Positions 20,786-30,152 of a DNA stretch of 64,000 nt are shown here, in pieces. The position numbers and the translations under genes are program-made. A model generated the notes under the pieces. That model saw only the letters and a list, made by a program, of their open reading frames with translations. It made no database searches and was not told the DNA's origin. This DNA is from an uncultured Pseudomonadota bacterium (GTDB taxonomy: Bacteria > Myxococcota_A > Polyangia > Fen-1088), in assembly GCA_963729535.1 (NCBI GenBank), contig CAVSOL010000017.1, positions 370,837 through 434,836 of the forward strand, written 5' to 3'. Each line of letters starts with the position of its first letter. Position 1 is the first letter of the stretch.

Positions 20786-21572
20786 ATGACCAAACTATCG
20801 TTGATGTCGAACGTGCCGGCTGCAGTGGTCATCGCCGCCTGTCTCGGCGCCGGCGCCTGCGGGACCTCCGATCCCAACACCTCGACGGGATCGGCCGGAA
20901 CGTCGGGCGGCGCGGGCACCGGCGGCAGCGGCGCGGGCGGCAGCGGCATGGGCGGCAGCGGCATGGGTGATCTGTCGCAGCTGTTGCCGATCAAGACCGG
21001 GAACTCGTGGACGTACCTGGTCACCGTCACCGGCGAAGGCACGACGCCGAAGACCCAGACGGTGATGGAAGAGGGGCCCGTGGGCGGGGTGGGACCCAAC
21101 GCCAGCAAGACAGCGTTCCGCTTCGTGACCAAAAAGGGCCTCGACGGCATGGACGAGACCATCAGCTGGCAGGCGCGCGTCGGCACCCGGGTCGTACGCT
21201 ATCGAGAGCAGGCGTACATGAGGACGGCCCCCCACGCGCTCGAGCTCGAAGAGTACTGGGCCCCGTCCAAGCTGCGCGTCGACGAGACGCCGGCGCGCAT
21301 GGTGGCGGGCACGACCTGGACGGAGACCAGATCAGGAGACCAAGCTGCCGGTCGGGGGGAGCATGTTGACGGTGCCGGTGGAAGAGCGCTGGACCGTGAC
21401 CGCCGAACGCCAGCCCGTGACCGTACAGGGGCGGAGCTACGAGGTGATGATCGTGACCAAGATGAGCACCACCTCGACGAAGACCTACTGGTGGGCGCGC
21501 GGCATCGGCAAGGTCAAGGAGATCGGCGACAACCAGACCGAAGAGCTGATGTCTTATCAGGTGGCGCCGTGA
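20786..21572 (+). CDS. Hypothetical lipoprotein (frameshift near 21330)
   Basis: Lipobox AGAC and Gly linker; LLPIKTGNSWTY ... KTYWWARGIGKVKE beta-rich domain. Confidence 0.75.
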
Positions 21573-21573
21573 C

Positions 21574-22440
21574 ATGACCCCGCACGCCGCCGGACCGCTG
21601 CGCCCGCCCGACGACCGGCTGACCGCCGATCGCGACGAGACCAAGTATCTCGTGGGCAGCGACCGGCTGGCGCCGCTGCTGGCGTTGCTGAGCAAGCACC
21701 TGCCGCAGCACCGGTTCACCGGCGAGGGCGCGAACCTCCTCCCCGGCGCGTGGCACCTGGTGACCACGATCTACTTCGACACGCCGGCCCGGACGCACCA
21801 CCGCGCCGCCATCGGCGACATCGATCACAACGTCAAGATCCGCGCGAAGGAGTACTACGACCTCCATCCGTCGCTGGCGGAGCTGGCGACGGATCCCGCC
21901 GACATCTTCCGCTACCAGCCGTGGATCTGGTTCGAGATGAAACGGCGCGACGGCGCGCGCACGCTCAAACACCGGTTTCGCCTCCCCAAGCGAGACGTTC
22001 CAGCTTGCCTGAACGGCGGGCAGGTCGTGCCCGAGGCGCTGGCGCTGCCGGCAACCGGCGTGGTCCCCGCGGACAGCGAGCGCGCCGGCATCAGCGAGAT
22101 CGTCGCGTACTGCCGCGCGCTGGGCGAGCCACTGGCCGCGACGTGCCTGGTCAACTACCGCCGGCTGTCGTGGCAGCAGCCGGAGGGCGACCTGCGCATC
22201 ACGCTGGACTCCGACCTGGCGTTCTATGCCGTCCCGGACGATCTGTGGCAGCGGCGGCGGGCGCTGGTGCGCGACGCGCTGGGCGCGCAGCGCGCGAGCG
22301 AGCCGCGCGCTGTCCTGGAGATCAAGTGCCGGAGCACGCGGCCCGCCTGGCTGGAGAGCTTCCTGGCCGGGGCGAACGTCGAGTCGGTGCGGTTCAGCAA
22401 GTTCGTCGCGGCAGCCAGCGCGGTGCACGGTGAGGGCTAA
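21574..22440 (+). CDS. VTC-domain (polyphosphate polymerase-like, CYTH tunnel) protein
   Basis: R.ETKY, TIYFDT, KIRAKEY, FEMKRR, YRR, RITLD, VLEIK and FSKF. Confidence 0.88.
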   Translation: MTPHAAGPLRPPDDRLTADRDETKYLVGSDRLAPLLALLSKHLPQHRFTGEGANLLPGAWHLVTTIYFDTPARTHHRAAIGDIDHNVKIRAKEYYDLHPSLAELATDPADIFRYQPWIWFEMKRRDGARTLKHRFRLPKRDVPACLNGGQVVPEALALPATGVVPADSERAGISEIVAYCRALGEPLAATCLVNYRRLSWQQPEGDLRITLDSDLAFYAVPDDLWQRRRALVRDALGAQRASEPRAVLEIKCRSTRPAWLESFLAGANVESVRFSKFVAAASAVHGEG

Positions 22441-24520
22441 GAACCCCGCGCTCAGACGCCGCCTGCGGCTGATCGCGGCCTGGGTCCTGAGCGCGCTGCT
22501 GTTCGCTGCCTATTTCGCGCTTCCCGACAGCGACGACGCCGCGTCGCTGCCGGTTGCGCCGCCGCAAGCCGACGGAGCCGGCGACGCACGCAAGCTGGAC
22601 ATCGTCGATGTCTCGCCGCCCAGCGCATCACCCGGCGACGCTATCACCGTCACGTTCACGGGGGCCGCCGACCCGTCGCTCGTGAAGGTCGTCGTCGCCA
22701 AGGAAGAGGCCGAGATCCTGGCGCGCCGTCCCGGCGCCGTGGTCGCGCGCCTGCCCAAGACCATCGACATCGGTCGCGCCAAGGTGCGCATCGCCGTCGA
22801 CGGTGAGCGCAGCAAGCCCTACGACCTGCGCGTCAAGCAGTGGAGCTGGCGCAAGCCGTTTCGAAACCTGGTCGGCGGCTTCGCGCTGCTGTTGTTCGGC
22901 ATCGTCGTGTTCGCGCGCGGTGTCGGCGGGGCCGCCGGGTTCCGCAGCGCGCACACGCTCGCCCGCCTCGGCCGCCGGTCGCCGGCGGCGCTGGGATTCG
23001 GCGCCGGGCTGGGCGCCCTGATGGTGTCGACGACGGCAGCCGCCGGCGTCCTGGCGGGGCTGGTGTCGTCACGCCTGCTGGCGCTCGCGCCCGCGGCGGC
23101 GGCGTTCCTGGGCGCGCTCATCGGCTCCGCGGCCGCGCCGCTGCTGACCGGTCTCATCGATCCGCGCGAGGGGCTGCTGCTGGTGGCGGTCGGCGTGTTG
23201 TTCCTGGGCCTCTCCTCCGATCGGCGCGCGTCGGCGTTCGGGCGCATGGTGCTCGGCGCCGGGTTGATCGCGTTCGGCCTGCAGACGATGCGCCCCGGGT
23301 TCGACCTCATCACCCAGGACCCGAGCCTGCTGGCGGTGGTGTCACGGATCAACGCCGACACGGTGAGCGGCGTGGTCGCGTGCGCGTTGCTGGGGGCGGC
23401 GCTGGTGGCGATCCTGCAGGGGCCGGCGCCCGTGGTCGTGCTCGTGCTCGTGCTGGTCCAGACCACGGCGCGGTGGGACCTGCGCACGGCGCTGGCGGTG
23501 CTGGCGGGTTCCGGGCTCGGCGCCGCCGTCGGCGCGCTGATCACGACGCCAGCCGGCCGGCGCTGCCGGCAACTGGCCGAGCTGCACCTGGTGCTGGGCT
23601 TGTGCGCGACCGTGTTGTCCGCGTCGACGGTGGTGTTGTGGACGGCGATCGCCGACCGCCTCATCCCCGGCTCGGCCGAGGAGATCGCGTGGGGGCGACG
23701 GGTGCTGATGCCCAACATGGCGCTGCACCTCGGCGCCGCGTTCGCGCTGTCGCAGCTCGCGTCCGCGTTGCTGCTGTTGCCGTTCATCCCGGCGCTCGCG
23801 CGCCTCGTCGAACGGCTGGATCCGCTCGACCGCGCCGTGACGCTGTCGCGGATCGGCGACGGCCTCGGCGCCGCGGCGCGAGAGCTGGACGTCGCGCTGG
23901 CCACCGCGCAGCGCGCGCTGGGGCCGATGTCCGCGCTGGCGCTCGACGGCCAGCGCGAGGCGGGGCGCGCCGCGGAGCACGCGCTGGCCGATGCCCACGT
24001 GGCGCTCGATGATCTGCTGTCGGCGACGATCCCCGCGCTGGCGGAATCCGAGCGGCGAACACGCCTCGGCAAGCTCGCGTTCGCGACCCTGCAGGTCCAG
24101 CGCTCACTGGAGACAGTGCGCAAACAAGCCGAGCACCTGACGGATAGCCGCATGGCGGCGTCGGGGGGACGCGATCGGGTCTCGCCGCTGCCCGCGGAAG
24201 ACGAGGCGACGCTGCGCGACATGCACGGCCTGCTGTCAGACGGGCTCGGGCTGGTGGTGGCCGCGCTCGGCGGGGGGGCTCCCCTCGATCTGGATGGGGC
24301 ACGCGCGCGTGAGATCCGGATGAACGCGCTCGAGGCCAGGGCGCGCGCCGCGCTGCTCGTGGCCGGCGGCGGCACACGAAAGGATCTGGGCGTGCTCGAG
24401 CTCGCGGACGCGTACGAGACCGCGGGCAATCAGCTCTACCGGCTCGCCGAGGCCTCGGCGCAATCCGTCGAGGCGATCGAACCCGACGCTCAGGAGGCCG
24501 AAACCGCATCGGTTCGTTGA
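22430..24520 (+). CDS. Na/Pi cotransporter-family protein with N-terminal IPT/TIG-like domain and C-terminal PhoU-like helical domain
   Basis: IVDVSPPSASPGDAITVT. GGFALLLFG and two degenerate repeats (ALMVSTTA / AILQGPAP). Helical tail RAREIRMNALE..LELADAYETAGN. Confidence 0.75.
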   Translation: MRAKNPALRRRLRLIAAWVLSALLFAAYFALPDSDDAASLPVAPPQADGAGDARKLDIVDVSPPSASPGDAITVTFTGAADPSLVKVVVAKEEAEILARRPGAVVARLPKTIDIGRAKVRIAVDGERSKPYDLRVKQWSWRKPFRNLVGGFALLLFGIVVFARGVGGAAGFRSAHTLARLGRRSPAALGFGAGLGALMVSTTAAAGVLAGLVSSRLLALAPAAAAFLGALIGSAAAPLLTGLIDPREGLLLVAVGVLFLGLSSDRRASAFGRMVLGAGLIAFGLQTMRPGFDLITQDPSLLAVVSRINADTVSGVVACALLGAALVAILQGPAPVVVLVLVLVQTTARWDLRTALAVLAGSGLGAAVGALITTPAGRRCRQLAELHLVLGLCATVLSASTVVLWTAIADRLIPGSAEEIAWGRRVLMPNMALHLGAAFALSQLASALLLLPFIPALARLVERLDPLDRAVTLSRIGDGLGAAARELDVALATAQRALGPMSALALDGQREAGRAAEHALADAHVALDDLLSATIPALAESERRTRLGKLAFATLQVQRSLETVRKQAEHLTDSRMAASGGRDRVSPLPAEDEATLRDMHGLLSDGLGLVVAALGGGAPLDLDGARAREIRMNALEARARAALLVAGGGTRKDLGVLELADAYETAGNQLYRLAEASAQSVEAIEPDAQEAETASVR

Positions 24521-24660
24521 CCAATTAAAGCGAAGAAAGTTGGCGTGAAAGTGAGCCGATCTTCAATGAGCCGGATCCGAATTCGTTGTTCTCGTGACGG
24601 CAACATTACGGCTTCGATCCAAATTGACGACGCCGGGAATGCTGACCTACGGTGCTCGTG

Positions 24661-26562
24661 ATGAAACGCTACTTATTCGCGACTTGCTTACTGATTGGCT
24701 GCGTCACGCCTGCCACCGGCCCGGACACGGGCGCCGGCGGAGCCGGCGGTGATGGGGTAGGGGCGGGCGGAACGGGCAACGCGGTCGGCGGGTCGTCGGG
24801 CGTCAGCGGCATCGCGGGCACCGGGGGATCGGGAGCAGGCGGTCCGGCCGGCACGACCGGCGCGGGGCTCGCTCCAGGCGGCATGGGCGGTGGCCCGACA
24901 GGTACGGCCGGCGGGAGGGCAGGCACGACGGGCGGCCCCGCAGGTACGACGGGCCGCGCGGGGACGACCGGCACGGGGGGCGGCGCGGCTCCCATGGCGT
25001 CGTTGATCGGCGACGTGACGTTCTCGACGCCGAGTCAGAGTTTTCGCACTTCGATCCAGGTCGGCATGACGACCGCGCTGACGGGCGCCGAGATCCGCTA
25101 CACGACGAACGGAACGTTGCCCACGGCGACGTCGACGTTGTACGCGGGCGCGCCGGTCACGCTGACAGCGACGACGCAGCTGCGTGCGACGCCGTTCATC
25201 GGCGGCGCGCCGGGCGGCAGGGCCAGCACCGCGATCTTCATCGCGCGCGACTTCGATGCGACATCGACCCTGCCGCTGGTGATCCTCGACGGCTACGGCA
25301 AAGGGCCGTCGACCAACAAGGACCTGGACATGGACGCCGCCGTGATGATCTGGGAGCCGGCCGGCGGATCGGCGAGCCTGACGTCGCTGCCGACGGTGGC
25401 GGCCAAGTCCATCTACCACCTGCGTGGCCAGTCGTCGGCCACCTTTCCGCAGAAGCCGTACAAGATCGAGTTCCGCGACAACGGTGACAGCGACATGAAG
25501 ATCCCCGTGCTGGGGATGCCCGCCGACGCCGACTGGGCGTTGATCGCGCCGTATTACGATCGCGCGTTGATCCGCAACCCGTTCATCTACGGCCTCGGGC
25601 GGGAAATGGGGATGCCCGCGCCGCGTACGCAGTACGTCGAGGTCTACATCAACTCGGCGAACCGCCCCGTCGCGCAGACCGACTACCAGGGCATCTACTG
25701 GCTCTCGGAGACGATCGAGAACAACCCCGCGCGGCTCAATCTCAAGCAGATCGAGACGACAGACACGACGACGCCGGCGATCAGCGGTGGCTACATCTTC
25801 AAGTTCGATCAGGCCGCCTCCGAGGAGCCGAAGCTGACGTGCACCGGATCGAATCCGATCTCCGGCGGCCTCGGAACGGGCACGGGCGGTAGAGGCGGCG
25901 GGACGTGCTGGGTGGATCTGGAGGTCGTCGATCCGGAGCCGCTCGGCGCCGAGCAAAAGGCCTGGCTCACGCAATACATCCAGGAGTTCCACAACTCCCT
26001 GCACACGACGCCGATCGGCAACTACGCGAACTGGATCGACGTCCCGTCGTTCGTCGACAACCTGATCGTCAACGAGCTGAGCCGAAACGTCGACGCGTAC
26101 GTACGCAGCTCGTACTACCACAAGGAACGCGACGGCAAGCTCAAGGGAGGCCCGCTGTGGGACTACAACTTCTCGCTGGCGGTGGGCGGCAGCGGAACCA
26201 TCAATCCCGCGCCGACGTCGAACGGGTTCCAGTTTCAGGGCACGCGTAACGTCAACAACTGGTACCCGAAGCTGGCCGCCGATCCGACGTTCATGAACGC
26301 GGTCAAGGCGCGCTACCAGGCGCTGCGGGGCAACTTGCTGTCCGACGCGTCGATCCAGCAGCGCATCGACACGCTCATCGTGCCGCTGACGTCGACGGTC
26401 GTCGCGCGCGACTACGCCAAATGGCCGGTCAGCACCGTGCTGCCCAACGGCGGTAGCGGCATCGTCAGGGGCCCGTCGGTCGCCACCTGGGACGGGCAGG
26501 TCAAGGCGATGCGCGACTTCCTCACCGCGCGCCTGGCCTGGATGGACACCCAGCTGCGATAG
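24661..26562 (+). CDS. cotH: CotH-family kinase lipoprotein with FN3-associated (IRYTTNG..PT) domain
   Basis: Lipobox LIGC; RGQSS..FPQKPYKIE, DWAL, DRALIRN, YQGIY, NVDAY, GPLWDYN and ARLAWMD. Confidence 0.9.
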   Translation: MKRYLFATCLLIGCVTPATGPDTGAGGAGGDGVGAGGTGNAVGGSSGVSGIAGTGGSGAGGPAGTTGAGLAPGGMGGGPTGTAGGRAGTTGGPAGTTGRAGTTGTGGGAAPMASLIGDVTFSTPSQSFRTSIQVGMTTALTGAEIRYTTNGTLPTATSTLYAGAPVTLTATTQLRATPFIGGAPGGRASTAIFIARDFDATSTLPLVILDGYGKGPSTNKDLDMDAAVMIWEPAGGSASLTSLPTVAAKSIYHLRGQSSATFPQKPYKIEFRDNGDSDMKIPVLGMPADADWALIAPYYDRALIRNPFIYGLGREMGMPAPRTQYVEVYINSANRPVAQTDYQGIYWLSETIENNPARLNLKQIETTDTTTPAISGGYIFKFDQAASEEPKLTCTGSNPISGGLGTGTGGRGGGTCWVDLEVVDPEPLGAEQKAWLTQYIQEFHNSLHTTPIGNYANWIDVPSFVDNLIVNELSRNVDAYVRSSYYHKERDGKLKGGPLWDYNFSLAVGGSGTINPAPTSNGFQFQGTRNVNNWYPKLAADPTFMNAVKARYQALRGNLLSDASIQQRIDTLIVPLTSTVVARDYAKWPVSTVLPNGGSGIVRGPSVATWDGQVKAMRDFLTARLAWMDTQLR

Positions 26563-26661
26563 CGTCCGCGGACAGATCGGATCGGACGTCCGCGCACGCC
26601 TGACGGGCAGCGCGAGTTTCCGGTGTTCCGGTAAGGTGTTGCGACGCCTGGTCCCAGCTTC

Positions 26662-26699
26662 GTGCGGCGATCCGCACAAGCTTGTGCGGATCGCCGCAC
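26662..26699. promoter_or_regulatory. Perfect 38-bp palindrome made of two GTGCGG-N4-CCGCAC sites (putative sigma54 enhancer)
   Basis: GTGCGGCGATCCGCACAAG|CTTGTGCGGATCGCCGCAC, about 60 bp upstream of a -24/-12 element. Confidence 0.75.
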
Positions 26700-26760
26700 A
26701 AACGCGGGGATGGCGCGACGCCAAGCCCAGGCGGGGTGCCGCGCAACGCCGCCGCCGTCA

Positions 26761-26777
26761 CCGGTACGTGGCTTGCT
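26761..26777 (+). promoter_or_regulatory. sigma54 (-24/-12) promoter
   Basis: CCGGTACGTGGCTTGCT matches GG-N10-GC with TTGC. Confidence 0.7.
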
Positions 26778-26828
26778 GTGTACTTGCGCCGCGGTCTATC
26801 AATTGGATTCGCAGAAAGGGATTCGGCC

Positions 26829-28049
26829 ATGGTGTTCGTGAACAGGAAGAAGTGGGTAGCTGCGGCGGCGCTGACCGCCGCGACCGCGATGGGGACGCAA
26901 GCGAGCGCGGAGACGATTTGCGCGACGGCGCGCAAGACGACCTGGAACGTGCCGAACGGGGCGTTGGTCATCAGCCGTGCGTCCGGAGGCGTGGTCAAGG
27001 TCATCCTGGACTCCGTCAACGAGTGGGGCACGCACACGGCGATGTCACACGGCACTGACTTCTGGGTCTCGCATTCGACGGCCAAGATGCCGTCGGTGCA
27101 GGACTCCTGCTCCATCCCGATCAATCGAAACGAGCTCAATAACTCGGGCCCGGGCGCTTCCGCGATCCCGCTGCCCGCGATGTACGTCAACTACTTCGGC
27201 AGCAGCGACATCGGGTCGAAGGTTCTCAAGACCCGTACGACCAGCGGCACGGTGTCGTCCGTCGGTGGCCAAGCCGGCCAGGCCGGAATGGAATGGTACT
27301 CGGGAAACAACCGCGCGGATGACTGGGGGTTTTACGAGGGCCGGGCGGATCCGTGGGTGTTCTACCCGGGGAACTCCAACCGCGGCTTTCAGGCGATCGA
27401 GTACCTGTGGGACTGGCCGCTCTACGGGTTGTTCGACACTGGCAGCTACGTTCTGTCCGGAGGGGTCCTCAAGTTCGTTGCGGCTGAGCCTTTCTATAGG
27501 TACCAGTCCGACGACGGCAAATACATCCGCTACGGGTACAACCGCTACCTCGACATGAAGAACACCCACAAGGGTGATCTCAACGGCAACATCGGCGTCG
27601 TCTGCTCGGGGCTGCCCGCCTTCGCGAGCTGGCGCTCGGGCGCGGGCGGCGTCTTGCCGCATAGCACCTACACACATGACGAGAAGAAGCGCGCCATCAA
27701 CGCGCTGTGGAACAAGGTCCACGACGAGTGCGAGGCCGGCGTCGGCGGGGTGTTCGACGCCTCGTTCTGGGAGATGAACGTCGGTTGCATCAACTACGAC
27801 GTGTGCGGGCGCGCGGCGGACATCGTCACCAACACGTTTGCGGTGGACCGGGCCGAGGTCGGCGGCGCGTGGAAGAACGTGCGCGACAACACCTCGATCA
27901 AGCCGTTCTCGATCAGCCCGGACTGCCTGGCTGGCCGCAACGGCAAGTGCTTCGCGGACGGCGGCGGCTCGAGCCCGTGGGGGTGGGACGTCGGCCGTTC
28001 CGTGACGTGGAGCGGGTCGACCGTCTTCTCCTGCTGGTCGAACTACTGA
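26829..28049 (+). CDS. Secreted Cys/Trp-rich protein, candidate permuted papain-like (YiiX/YebB-type NlpC/P60) enzyme
   Basis: Sec signal ending ASA. GALVISR..THTAMSHG (His) lies N-terminal and VVCSGL (Cys) lies C-terminal. Confidence 0.6.
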   Translation: MVFVNRKKWVAAAALTAATAMGTQASAETICATARKTTWNVPNGALVISRASGGVVKVILDSVNEWGTHTAMSHGTDFWVSHSTAKMPSVQDSCSIPINRNELNNSGPGASAIPLPAMYVNYFGSSDIGSKVLKTRTTSGTVSSVGGQAGQAGMEWYSGNNRADDWGFYEGRADPWVFYPGNSNRGFQAIEYLWDWPLYGLFDTGSYVLSGGVLKFVAAEPFYRYQSDDGKYIRYGYNRYLDMKNTHKGDLNGNIGVVCSGLPAFASWRSGAGGVLPHSTYTHDEKKRAINALWNKVHDECEAGVGGVFDASFWEMNVGCINYDVCGRAADIVTNTFAVDRAEVGGAWKNVRDNTSIKPFSISPDCLAGRNGKCFADGGGSSPWGWDVGRSVTWSGSTVFSCWSNY

Positions 28050-28085
28050 GCCTGGACGTCTGACCGACCTCTCCACGGTGATGCC

Positions 28086-29504
28086 ATGAACAAGAAACGC
28101 TTCGGAATCGTCGTCGCGATCGCCCTGGTCGGCGTGTTGCTGTTCTTCCTCGTCCGTTCGCCTGGGTCGGCGGTTCAGCCGGCTGCGACGGCGGCAGAGG
28201 ATCGTGGCAGTGCACCCGCACCTGTCGGCCCACGCCTGGCGCCGCCGGTGTCGGGCGCCCAACCGGTCGCGGCGTCCGTCATCGAAGCCGTCACCGTGGA
28301 GAAGACCGAGGTATGCAGCGGCGAGGACAACCTGGTCACGGTCACGCTCGCCAGCGGCCATCCCGGCGGCGACACCGCCCGCATCATGATGCCCGCGCTG
28401 GGCTCGGCCGGTCCGCAGATGCCGTTCCGTCTGAGCCTGTCGCGGGACAAGCAGCAGCCCGAGATGCCCGAGGTCGTCGTGTTCGGCAGCGACGGCCCGC
28501 TGGCGACGGTGAGGATCCCCGCGGTGAAGGTGAAGGACTGCAACCCCGGCCCCGTGCTGACCATCGACGCGGCGCTCACCGCCAACACATCGGCCACGTT
28601 CGCGTTCACGGCCACCGTGCTCAACCAGGGGCCGACGCCGTTCAAGCCCGTCGAGTGGCGCTGGGACTTCGGCGACGGCAGCGACGCCGTCACCAAGGTA
28701 CGCACCGTCGAGCACGGCTACGAGGACCGGCCGCAGAAGGCGCGCATGTCGAACTTCCTCGTCCACGTCCGCGCGGTCGACGCGCAGGGGGTGGAGCTGG
28801 TCGGTCGCCACGGCATGGAGCTGCGCAACGAGGCGTTCGAAGCCCTGCGCGTCAAGAACGCCGTCCTGCTCGCCACCGAGCTCACCCCGCGCTTTCCGGT
28901 CATGGGCGCCGACGGGCGGGTCGTGCAGCGCGTCCGCATCCACCACGCGTACGACAAGCCGGTGAACATCGACCGTGTCTTCATGCAGCGGTTCCGCAAG
29001 AACGAGCAGGGGCGCGACGACATGCAGGAGAGCGCGGTTGACCCGCGGCAGATCTTCGGCACCAACGTGGTCCCGCCCGGGCGCGGGATCGAAGTCACCG
29101 CGACGCTGGACACCCGGGCGGAGCAAGGCACCGGGCTGCTGACGTTCGACCTCGTCGGGACGTCGGTGGACGGGATACGCGCGACCGGGCAGTTCTCCGT
29201 GCTGCGGCCCCCCGAGCTCATCCCGCAAGCGGAGCGCGAGGTCGTGACCGACGTGCGCCTGCGCGCCGAGATCCTGGCCGTGCGCAAGATGCTCGGCCGC
29301 GACGAGGTGACCATCGACGACATCATGCAGCTGCGGCGCGAAGGCGCGCTCGACAACCTGACCGGCGACGACGGGCAGCCGTTGAAGGTCGCCGCCGCCA
29401 GCGACACCGACGACATGCGACCGCGCGCCGAGCAGCCGAAGTCGCGCAAGGGGACGCCGCTGCGACGTCCGTCCGCGTCGGCCAACAGAACATCTCAAGA
29501 GTAG
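28086..29504 (+). CDS. Membrane-anchored PKD/Ig-like domain protein (paralog A)
   Basis: N-terminal TM anchor; WRWDFGDGS..VEHGY PKD motif. Confidence 0.75.
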   Translation: MNKKRFGIVVAIALVGVLLFFLVRSPGSAVQPAATAAEDRGSAPAPVGPRLAPPVSGAQPVAASVIEAVTVEKTEVCSGEDNLVTVTLASGHPGGDTARIMMPALGSAGPQMPFRLSLSRDKQQPEMPEVVVFGSDGPLATVRIPAVKVKDCNPGPVLTIDAALTANTSATFAFTATVLNQGPTPFKPVEWRWDFGDGSDAVTKVRTVEHGYEDRPQKARMSNFLVHVRAVDAQGVELVGRHGMELRNEAFEALRVKNAVLLATELTPRFPVMGADGRVVQRVRIHHAYDKPVNIDRVFMQRFRKNEQGRDDMQESAVDPRQIFGTNVVPPGRGIEVTATLDTRAEQGTGLLTFDLVGTSVDGIRATGQFSVLRPPELIPQAEREVVTDVRLRAEILAVRKMLGRDEVTIDDIMQLRREGALDNLTGDDGQPLKVAAASDTDDMRPRAEQPKSRKGTPLRRPSASANRTSQE

Positions 29505-29543
29505 CCGCACACCCGCGCTGCGCGCGGGAGCGGCTAGTGACGC

Positions 29544-30152
29544 TCAGGGCCGCGCCAGCGTCGACGGCTGGGTCAGCGTCTGAGCCTCGCCGATCGCAAA
29601 CGCCGATAGGCCGGCCCAGGCGCCCTTCTCCCATTGCTGCCAGCCGGCGCCGAGGATGAGGAAGTAGGCGACGCCCACGCCGACGTTGAGCAGGTGCCAC
29701 GGCCAGCGGAGTCGGTCTCGTTCGTCGCGGCCGTAGGCGAGACGCAGGTCCTGGACGCCGGCGGGATCCGTGGCGCCGAGGAGCTGGGTGGGCGCGGCCT
29801 CGACGTCCAGCGGCCAGGCGATGGTCAGCGCCGTGCTTATTCCGGAGCCGATGCCGCTCAAGATCAAGGACGGGTGTTGTTGCCGATCCGACAGCGGCAG
29901 CAACGCGACCGAGCCGACGGCCAGCGCGGCGTTGATCGCGATCCACGAATAGCGCCAGCGCCGGGCCCGCGCCGCCTCGTCCAGCACGACGCGGACCGCG
30001 GCGGCGTCCAGGCGTTGCATCGTAGCGTCCGGCTGCGGCTGCGCTTGCGCCGCGGCCGACCGTGGCAACACCACCGCGCCGCCGAACACCAGCAACACGA
30101 CGAGCGCGGTCGACCGCCCGCGCCCGGCAGGCTTCGGTCGCGCGCGCATCAC
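29544..30152 (-). CDS. Hypothetical membrane/exported protein, third gene of the two-component operon
   Basis: Overlaps the regulator stop codon; signal-like N-terminus and 4 hydrophobic segments. Confidence 0.65.
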   Translation of the reverse strand: MMRARPKPAGRGRSTALVVLLVFGGAVVLPRSAAAQAQPQPDATMQRLDAAAVRVVLDEAARARRWRYSWIAINAALAVGSVALLPLSDRQQHPSLILSGIGSGISTALTIAWPLDVEAAPTQLLGATDPAGVQDLRLAYGRDERDRLRWPWHLLNVGVGVAYFLILGAGWQQWEKGAWAGLSAFAIGEAQTLTQPSTLARP

